This document shows positions 25,604 to 32,000 of a stretch of DNA of 32,000 nucleotides, one piece after another; position 1 is the stretch's first letter; the number at the start of each line of letters is the position of its first letter. The DNA lies in assembly GCA_037441475.1 (NCBI GenBank), contig JBBISB010000001.1, positions 517,465 to 549,464 of the forward strand, in the 5' to 3' direction. The notes under the pieces are model-generated. The model had not been told where the DNA came from. It saw nothing but the letters and a program-made list of their open reading frames with translations, and searched no databases. This DNA comes from Candidatus Iainarchaeum sp. (GTDB taxonomy: Archaea; Iainarchaeota; Iainarchaeia; Iainarchaeales; CSSED10-239). Made by a program: the position numbers and the translations under genes.

Positions 25604-25894
25604 ATGATTGGTAAAATGCATGATGTAAACGGTCAAAGAATATTTGCATCCTGTGATAAGTCTTTAATTGGTAAAAAAATAATTATCGCTGATTTTGAAA
25701 TATCTTTTTCTAAAGGCTTTTATGGTGAAGAAGAAATGTCAATAGAAGAGATTATTAAAAACATCTCTAAATGTGATTCTGCAAACATCTTTGGAAAGAA
25801 AGTATGTGGTTTACTTTTAGAAAGAAAAATAATTATTGAGGAAACAATCATCTATATAGAAGATATCCCTCATGTGCAAATTTATAATATATAA
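25604..25894 (+). CDS. DUF424-family archaeal protein
   Basis: 96 aa. The pattern ASCDKSLIGKK...FYGEE...ANIFGKKVCGLLLERKII...IEDIPHVQIY matches the DUF424 family that commonly accompanies translation-factor genes in archaea. Confidence 0.6.
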   Translation: MIGKMHDVNGQRIFASCDKSLIGKKIIIADFEISFSKGFYGEEEMSIEEIIKNISKCDSANIFGKKVCGLLLERKIIIEETIIYIEDIPHVQIYNI

Positions 25895-25909
25895 GGAAGT
25901 GATTAATTT

Positions 25910-26257
25910 TTGGAAGAAAATAATGATCAAGCTAACGTAAGAGTAAGGGCCCCAAACAAAAAAGATTTAGAGCTGTTTGGAGTAGTTACTCAATTAATGG
26001 GTGTTAATAACATCTCAATAATGTGTGAAGATGGAAAAGAAAGAATCTGTAGAATACCAGGTAAAATGTTCAAGCACATCTGGATAAAGCAAGGTGATCT
26101 TGTAATTGTTAAACTATGGGATTTTCAACCTACAAAAGGAGATGTTATATGGAGATACTTAGGCTTTCAAGTTTCTGCTTTAGAAAGAAAAGGTCTTTTA
26201 AATGAAATGAACAAACATGCTCAAAGCACAACAAACAATAGAGTCTCTAGAGAATAA
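25910..26257 (+). CDS. eif1a: Translation initiation factor aIF1A (S1-like OB fold)
   Basis: VRVRAPNKKDLELFGVVTQLMGVNNISIMCEDGKERICRIPGKMFKHIWIKQGDLVIVKLWDFQ. TTG start supported by GGAAGTGA 9 nt upstream. Confidence 0.9.
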   Translation: MEENNDQANVRVRAPNKKDLELFGVVTQLMGVNNISIMCEDGKERICRIPGKMFKHIWIKQGDLVIVKLWDFQPTKGDVIWRYLGFQVSALERKGLLNEMNKHAQSTTNNRVSRE

Positions 26258-26273
26258 AAAAAGGTTTTAAAAA

Positions 26274-27011
26274 ATGATTGAAAAAAGAAAAGTTGAAAAT
26301 TATGTGTTTGATAACAGAACACATGAAGCTATTTTTAAGCTTTCTAAAAACAGCATAATTGATACTATAGATGCTCCAATCTCAAGTGGAAAGGAAGCAA
26401 TTACTTTTATAGGTTACTTAAAGGACACTCCTCTTGCCTTAAAGATATACAAGGTAGAAACCTCAAGCTTTAAAAACATGGATAAATATATCAAAGGTGA
26501 CTTTAGGTTTAAAAGACTTTCAAACGACAAGCGCGAGTTGTTTTTAATATGGGCTTCCAAGGAATACAAGAACTTAACTTTAGCCTTAAGAAACGGTGTT
26601 AAGGTACCAATAGTTATTGCTAAGGAAAAAAACATTTTAGTCATGTCCTTTATAGGAACAAAAGATGGTGTTGCCTTTCCTAAACTTTCAGATATTGAGT
26701 TTTCCTTTGAAAAAGTATATCCTCAAATAATTGATAATTACGCAAAGATGCTTTATGGTGCAAAGCTTGTGCATGCTGATTTCTCTGCATTTAATATTTT
26801 AATAGATCCTGAAACAGAGGATATAACCATCATTGATATGGGTCAAGCTGTTGTTTATAGTCACCCATTATCCAAGGAATTTTTAAAAAGAGATATTATG
26901 TCAATTACAGATTTCTTAAACAGAAAGTTTAGAGAAAAAAACATTACTTATGAATCTTTTTTAGAAGATTTAAAAACAAAGAAAGAAGAGTTGTATGGAA
27001 GAAATAATTAG
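26274..27011 (+). CDS. rio1: RIO-type serine protein kinase (Rio1-like, no N-terminal wHTH)
   Basis: SSGKEA (P-loop equivalent), ALKIYK, catalytic LVHADFSAFNIL and metal-binding IIDMGQAV. Confidence 0.85.
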   Translation: MIEKRKVENYVFDNRTHEAIFKLSKNSIIDTIDAPISSGKEAITFIGYLKDTPLALKIYKVETSSFKNMDKYIKGDFRFKRLSNDKRELFLIWASKEYKNLTLALRNGVKVPIVIAKEKNILVMSFIGTKDGVAFPKLSDIEFSFEKVYPQIIDNYAKMLYGAKLVHADFSAFNILIDPETEDITIIDMGQAVVYSHPLSKEFLKRDIMSITDFLNRKFREKNITYESFLEDLKTKKEELYGRNN

Positions 27012-27564
27012 AGTTGGTGCAAACAGACTCCCTGTCGTCATAGGACCTAACGGTACTGTTAAAAGAGAGATTCAAAGAAAAACAAAGACTAAGCTAGAGA
27101 TAGATTCTCACTTAGGAGAGGTTACAATCTCTTCTGATCATTCTTTCTTTGAAGTACATACTGCAAAAAAAATTGTTTCAGCAATAGCAAGAGGTTTTTC
27201 TCCATATGATGCTTATAAGCTTTTAAAAGATGATTATAGCTTAGAAGTTATACCTTTAGAGGAGTATGTTAAAAACTCAAGAAGTAGGCATACACAGATA
27301 AAAGGAAGAGTTATTGGTAGAGAGGGAAGAATAAAACAAATTATTGAAAAAAGATATAATTGTTTAATCTCTGTTTATGGTAAAACTGTTTCAATTATTG
27401 GGGATGAAGAAAGAATAAAGGAAGCAAGAGAGGTTATTGAAAAAATACTTTCAGGCTCCAAGCATTCAACCATAATGAAAACAATTAAAATAAACTCTAT
27501 TCTTGATGGTTATAAAGAAGTTAAAGAAGAAGAAAACAAGATTGACGATATTAATTTTGATTAA
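26995..27564 (+). CDS. KH-domain RNA-binding protein (Dim2/Pno1-like)
   Basis: Two KH-like modules (VIGPNGTVKREIQRKT; VIGREGRIKQIIEKRY with GxxG loops). It follows rio1 with a 17-nt overlap, a gene order known from other archaea. Confidence 0.7.
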   Translation: MEEIIRVGANRLPVVIGPNGTVKREIQRKTKTKLEIDSHLGEVTISSDHSFFEVHTAKKIVSAIARGFSPYDAYKLLKDDYSLEVIPLEEYVKNSRSRHTQIKGRVIGREGRIKQIIEKRYNCLISVYGKTVSIIGDEERIKEAREVIEKILSGSKHSTIMKTIKINSILDGYKEVKEEENKIDDINFD

Positions 27565-27566
27565 AT

Positions 27567-28424
27567 ATGATCTTTAATAAAGTAACTCCTCAACAGTTCA
27601 TTAATAATGTTGAGAGTGTAGTAAATCTTGAAAAGAACCAGTTAAACTCTGCTCTTGAAAAAGAAAGCATAAAAAGTAAGGCAATTAAATTTACATTATC
27701 TGCAACTGACGAGCAACTTAAAAAATATTTAAAAAATTTTACTTCAAAAGAACTTCTGCAAGTCTTTAATGATTTTAAGGCCCTTAACTACAATCAAAAG
27801 AATCTTTTTTTAAATGTCTTAAACTACAATTCTCTTTACCACTCAAACAACAAAGAATCTACTTTCTTCATGCATACCTTAGATAAAGAGATTTGGAGAA
27901 TTAAAAAAGGTTTATTAAACACCAACATGCTTTTTCAAACACATCGAAAAGAATGTAAACATACTCTGTCTGGTTTTATAAGAGCCTTTAAAACAAACTC
28001 AATTTTCACAACAAAAATAACTATTGATGGAGAGGTAAGAAGAGTTTTTGTAAAAAACGAGATTGGTTCTCTAAAAGAAAAAGGAAATGTAGGGTACCAT
28101 CATCTTATCCTTGATCCAAAGGATATGCATATCTATAACCTTAGTATGATATCAGGAATAACACCTACGAGAATGACTTTAAAGGAAATCTCTAAACTTA
28201 AATTAAATAGTAAAGAAAGACTATTAAGTCTTGATTTTAATCATCTTCAAAAACAAATTCCAAACTACTCTATTGTTAAGTTTAATATTAAAAAAGAAAT
28301 GCAAGAGTACCTTAAAAGATACTCAAAAGGAATTAAAGATGCTAGAAGAGAGCATCATGAAAATTTATCTATATCAAAAGTTAAGTCTAGTAAAAAACCA
28401 TTACTTAAATTTTTTAAAAAATAA
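27567..28424 (+). CDS. Hypothetical protein
   Basis: 285-aa ORF starting 2 nt after the KH gene. Coding-like composition. No motif that I recognise. Confidence 0.4.
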   Translation: MIFNKVTPQQFINNVESVVNLEKNQLNSALEKESIKSKAIKFTLSATDEQLKKYLKNFTSKELLQVFNDFKALNYNQKNLFLNVLNYNSLYHSNNKESTFFMHTLDKEIWRIKKGLLNTNMLFQTHRKECKHTLSGFIRAFKTNSIFTTKITIDGEVRRVFVKNEIGSLKEKGNVGYHHLILDPKDMHIYNLSMISGITPTRMTLKEISKLKLNSKERLLSLDFNHLQKQIPNYSIVKFNIKKEMQEYLKRYSKGIKDARREHHENLSISKVKSSKKPLLKFFKK

Positions 28425-28425
28425 T

Positions 28426-30531
28426 TTATTTTTCTTCCATCTCTATTTTTAGAATATCCAAGTAACCAGTAAACTCATTTTCCATTATTGGGTTTGCACT
28501 TGTTATCCTTATTTTTTTTTTAAACAAAGGAGCATCCAAAACAATTGTCTCATACTCCCCTCCTTCTCCAGCAACATTTATTCCTTTTTTTTTGTTAATT
28601 ATCTTAAGATCAATTAAGTCCTCTTTAGTAAGTTTTTTTCCAAGCCAGGTGTCGTTTAAACCATACCCTGCAACCTTAACTATGATTACTTCAAATTTAT
28701 TATCTAACATCTCTTGGAAAACACCCTCTTGTGTCTTGTTCCAAAGAGGAGAAAACATTCTTAAGCCAAGTTCATTACATATCTCTTGTATCCTCTCTCT
28801 TTGATAATTACTTTTAATAGCTCCAGTAATTATTCCTTGAAGGGAGTATTTTTCTTTAGCCTTTAAGATTAGTTTCTTAAGGTCCTTAAGCTCTTCTTCC
28901 TTTATCCCTTTTGTCTTTTGTAAAACAAATGGTACCTCTAAGGCTTGTGATTGAAGAGAGAGTATCTTATCATCTACTTTTTGAAACATGTAGGAGTCTG
29001 GGTTTTCAGTCATCATTGTCATAAGGCAAGATATCTTATAGTTTTGTTTTGCCATTATGTGAAAGGCAAGGTTTGAGTCCTTTCCTCCTGAGAAAAGACA
29101 TCCTAGGTTTAGGTTTTCTTTTTTAGATACTTCTTTTAAAAATTCGCTCTTTTTTAATTTTTTTTCTTTAGATATTTTTTCAATCATTTTATCAAATCCA
29201 CTTCCATATTGTGCTGCTGTTTTTTTTCTCTGGTAATCTTCTTTTAGAAGATTTATTTTTTTTCCAATTTTTCTTAAAACCACTTTATTTTCTTCATTGT
29301 TTATTTTTTCTTTTTCTTCAAGTAAAAAAGATTCTTCAATAACCTCTTTATCAAGGTATGGTAATCTTACCTCTATGTTGTTGTTCGTACAAACAACGTC
29401 CTCTCTATAAAGATCATTTTCATGCATTTGGTATAACAGGTTTATGCTGTCTTTTAAAACATCAGTTGATTCTTTAAACCTCGAGTATCCTGCAAACAAC
29501 TCATCTGCACCAAGTCCAGAGAATATAACCTTTGCTCCATCCTCTCTTGCTTTTAAAGAGGCAAAGTATATAGGTAAGGACACTCCTATTTTTATAGGGT
29601 TTGATGACTCTATTTTTTCAACAAGTAAAGGAATTGTCTCTTCAATTTCTTTTTTATTTACTTTTATTTTTTCAACCTTAAAGCCATACTCCTTCTCTGT
29701 TCTTAAAACATTTGAAAGGTCCTTTGGGTCTATTACATTCCCTGCATATGCAAAATATCCTTTGAAAGGTATGTTGTTGTCTTTTAATATTTTTGAAATT
29801 AAAAGGGAGTCAAGACCTGAACTATAAAGCACAGCAAGCTTTTGTTTTTCAGGAACTCTTAAAAGAACTGCTTGTTTAATCTTTTCATACATCTTTTCTG
29901 TTGTTGTCTTTTTCTTTTCTATTTTATAGAAAGGTATTTTCTTAAAAGTGATTTTGTTTTTTAAAACTTCATAAAAAAGTTCTTTTCTAGGATCAAGAAA
30001 CTGAATGTTTTTAAAACCAATTTTTTCTAAAACCTTTTTTTCAGAGGCAAAGCCAAAAGATTTATTTTCTAAGGAAAACCATAGTGGCTTAATCCCAAGA
30101 AGATCTCTTCTTAGGTATATTTTATTTCCATCATAAAAGCAAACAGCATATGGTCCATTCATCTCTTCAAATATCTTAAAACCAATCTTCTCTATTCCCT
30201 TAATAATAAAGTCAGAGTCATTTTTAACCTTAATCTTATATTTTAAAGAAAGTTCTTTGTAATTATAGATCTCACAGTTTGAAACAAGTACTTTTCCTTT
30301 ATGTACTATTGGTTGAGATACATTTCCTGTTATAGAAAGTAAGTTATGTGCAAAAACAACACCTGTAGATATGTTTTCTTTATTAAAGTTGTTAATCTCC
30401 TTAGAATAAACACACCTACCATTAAAGTAAACTCCATTATTATCCAAACCTCTTTTTTCTAATATCTTAAGGGAGGCAATAATCTTTTCTTTACTTTCAG
30501 GGACATTAACCAGTCCAATTATTGAGCACAT
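28426..30531 (-). CDS. Fusion protein: AsnB-like glutamine amidotransferase/asparagine-synthetase module plus Dph6/MJ0570-type PP-loop ATPase (diphthine-ammonia ligase-like) domain
   Basis: N-terminus MCSIIG (Ntn Cys2), AHNLLSITGNVSQP, SNCEIYNY, RRDLLGIKPLWF, FASEKK. Synthetase domain LAVLYSSGLDS, EVRLPYLD. C-terminal third LGCLFSGGKDSNLAFH, ITGAIKSNYQRERIQEICNELGLRMFSPLW, NVAGEGGEYETIVLDAPLF, which is the Dph6/MJ0570 signature. Confidence 0.8.
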   Translation of the reverse strand: MCSIIGLVNVPESKEKIIASLKILEKRGLDNNGVYFNGRCVYSKEINNFNKENISTGVVFAHNLLSITGNVSQPIVHKGKVLVSNCEIYNYKELSLKYKIKVKNDSDFIIKGIEKIGFKIFEEMNGPYAVCFYDGNKIYLRRDLLGIKPLWFSLENKSFGFASEKKVLEKIGFKNIQFLDPRKELFYEVLKNKITFKKIPFYKIEKKKTTTEKMYEKIKQAVLLRVPEKQKLAVLYSSGLDSLLISKILKDNNIPFKGYFAYAGNVIDPKDLSNVLRTEKEYGFKVEKIKVNKKEIEETIPLLVEKIESSNPIKIGVSLPIYFASLKAREDGAKVIFSGLGADELFAGYSRFKESTDVLKDSINLLYQMHENDLYREDVVCTNNNIEVRLPYLDKEVIEESFLLEEKEKINNEENKVVLRKIGKKINLLKEDYQRKKTAAQYGSGFDKMIEKISKEKKLKKSEFLKEVSKKENLNLGCLFSGGKDSNLAFHIMAKQNYKISCLMTMMTENPDSYMFQKVDDKILSLQSQALEVPFVLQKTKGIKEEELKDLKKLILKAKEKYSLQGIITGAIKSNYQRERIQEICNELGLRMFSPLWNKTQEGVFQEMLDNKFEVIIVKVAGYGLNDTWLGKKLTKEDLIDLKIINKKKGINVAGEGGEYETIVLDAPLFKKKIRITSANPIMENEFTGYLDILKIEMEEK

Positions 30532-30547
30532 GTTTTAATGATTAGTT

Positions 30548-30652
30548 TTTTAATATTTATTTTAATATAATATATTTTAATATAATATATTTTAATATTT
30601 ATTTTAATATAATATATTTTAATATTTATTTTAATATAATATATTTTAATAT
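30548..30652. repeat. Tandem array of eight TTTTAATAT cores with alternating 12-nt (A) and 15-nt (B) units in order A-B-B-A-B-A-B plus a partial unit; 27-bp higher-order AB unit
   Basis: Read directly: A is TTTTAATATTTA and B is TTTTAATATAATATA. It lies in the divergent intergenic region between 30531 (minus-strand start) and 30787 (plus-strand start). Confidence 0.9.
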
Positions 30653-30786
30653 AACAAGTAAGGTATATATACTTATTGTTACAAATATACTTTAATACTT
30701 CTTATTTTTAAAAAAAGAATAAGCAGGTAAGCTTTTTAAATCTTTTTAACTATATTACATATATAAATATATTTTAGTGATACTTT

Positions 30787-32000
30787 ATGAGTGATGAAAA
30801 ACAAACAAAACAAGAAACTCAAGTTTCAAAAGACGGAATTGATGCAAATGTTCTTTTCTCTGAGTTTAAGGAACATTCAGTAGCTGATTTTTTTAAAAAA
30901 AATAGACAGATGTTAGGTCTTTATGGAAAACAAAGAACCTTAACCACAATAATACATGAACTTGTAACAAACTCCTTAGATGCTTGTGAAGAAGCAGGTA
31001 TCTTACCTGAAATTGAAGTTAAGATATCAGAGATTGGAGAGGAATACTATGAAATCTCTGTTATGGACAATGGTCCTGGTATACCAGAAAGCAAAATTGG
31101 TTCTGCTTTAGGTAAATTACTTGCAGGTACAAAGTTTCATAGGCTTGTTCAAACAAGAGGACAACAGGGTATCGGTGTTTCTGGAATTATTTTATTTTCA
31201 CAAATAACAACTGGTAAACCTACAAAAGTAATATCAGGTACCTCAAAAGAAAAAGCAGTTTTCTTAGAAATAACCATTGACTCTAAAACAAACTCTCCAA
31301 AAATGACAAATAAAGTATATTTAGAAAAGAAGTTTAGAGGAACAGCAATAAAAGCTAAGTTTAAAGAGATCCAGTATAAGAAAGGGCAAGGCTCTGTTGA
31401 TGAATACTTAAGAAGAACAGCAATCTCAAACCCACATGCAACCATACTTTTTGAAGACCCTTTCCAAGAGGTTACAAAGTATGAAAGAATAATTAAAAAT
31501 TTACCAAAAATACCTCAACAAGTAAAACCACATCCAAGAGGAGTTACAGTTGATGAAATGTTATCTCTTGCAAGATACACTCCAGCAAGAAAAGTATCCT
31601 CTTACCTAATGCTTGCCTTTGATAGGTTTGGTCAAACAGCAGTTGATTCTATCTCAAAGATGATACATTTTGATATTAATAAAGATCCTAAAAAATTAAC
31701 CTGGGAGGAAGCTGAAGAAATTGTTGCTGCTATAAAGCAAACAAAATTTATAGCTCCAAACACAAACAATCTTGTTCCTATAGGTGAAGATTTTGTTGAA
31801 AAGTCCTTAAGAACAATTGTTGAACCTGAGTTTTGTTTTGTATACACAAGAAAACCAGCTGTCTATAAAGGAGGGTATGCCTTCCAAGTAGAGGTTGCTG
31901 TTGCTTTCGGTGGAAATGCAGGACGTTTAGTAAGTGTCTCTTCTCCAAAGGCAAAGAACAGAAAAGATGATGTTGATCAAACTGATGAAACAAAGGAAGT
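30787..32000 (+). CDS. top6B: DNA topoisomerase VI subunit B (partial, continues past the window end)
   Basis: Manual translation from ATG 30787 stays open to 32000. GHKL/Bergerat motifs are ELVTNSLDA (N box), DNGPGIP (G1) and TRGQQGIGVSG (G2), followed by the transducer region. It is absent from the ORF track only because it lacks a stop in the window. Confidence 0.9.
   Translation, partial: MSDEKQTKQETQVSKDGIDANVLFSEFKEHSVADFFKKNRQMLGLYGKQRTLTTIIHELVTNSLDACEEAGILPEIEVKISEIGEEYYEISVMDNGPGIPESKIGSALGKLLAGTKFHRLVQTRGQQGIGVSGIILFSQITTGKPTKVISGTSKEKAVFLEITIDSKTNSPKMTNKVYLEKKFRGTAIKAKFKEIQYKKGQGSVDEYLRRTAISNPHATILFEDPFQEVTKYERIIKNLPKIPQQVKPHPRGVTVDEMLSLARYTPARKVSSYLMLAFDRFGQTAVDSISKMIHFDINKDPKKLTWEEAEEIVAAIKQTKFIAPNTNNLVPIGEDFVEKSLRTIVEPEFCFVYTRKPAVYKGGYAFQVEVAVAFGGNAGRLVSVSSPKAKNRKDDVDQTDETKE

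Noticed and set aside
30548-30652. Possible CRISPR array
   Set aside because: The units are 12/15 nt with no unique spacers between them. It is a simple tandem repeat, and no cas genes are nearby.
1-32000. tRNA, rRNA or other structured RNA genes
   Set aside because: In an AT-rich genome these should appear as GC-rich islands of 70 nt or more. None is present. The only GC-richer patches are inside protein-coding genes (the pilin C-terminus and core genes) or are short C-rich boxes.

Overview
Very AT-rich, tightly packed archaeal chromosome segment. The informational genes (MCM, RPA-like SSB, topoisomerase VI B, aIF2-beta, aIF1A, Rio1, KH/Dim2-like) together with the compact layout suggest a small-genome, DPANN-like archaeon; that lineage call is inference only. 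No rRNA, tRNA or CRISPR array is visible.

Core content:
- mcm and an RPA-like OB-fold/Zn-ribbon protein
- a conserved aIF2beta-DUF424-aIF1A-Rio1-KH operon
- corA and an archaeal presenilin/SPP-type protease
- a FlaI/PilB-type secretion ATPase and a class III signal-peptide pilin
- a partial top6B at the right edge
- a 701-aa fusion of an AsnB-like glutamine amidotransferase with a Dph6-type (diphthine-ammonia ligase) PP-loop domain

Accessory content:
- an AbiEi/AbiEii module with a broken toxin
- an RHH/RelE-like pair and an orphan UPF0175-like antitoxin
- a pol-beta nucleotidyltransferase interrupted at an A9 run
- two COG1373/DUF4143 AAA+ ATPase genes, one frameshifted
- a five-gene glycosylation island (GT2, GT4, GT2, GT17, methyltransferase)
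- a 630-bp tandem duplication carrying two cold-shock genes, one dead
- a kinase-like gene remnant

Most notable observations:
1. The intact COG1373 ATPase lies in a ~1.45-kb insertion bounded by a 27-bp direct repeat that duplicates the last codons and stop of mcm. There is no recombinase inside.
2. The AsnB-Dph6 fusion.
3. Reading-frame lesions occur only in accessory genes.
4. A 105-bp array of TATA-like 12/15-bp units sits in the divergent promoter region between the fusion gene and top6B.

All functional calls come from motif recognition by eye. No database search was run.
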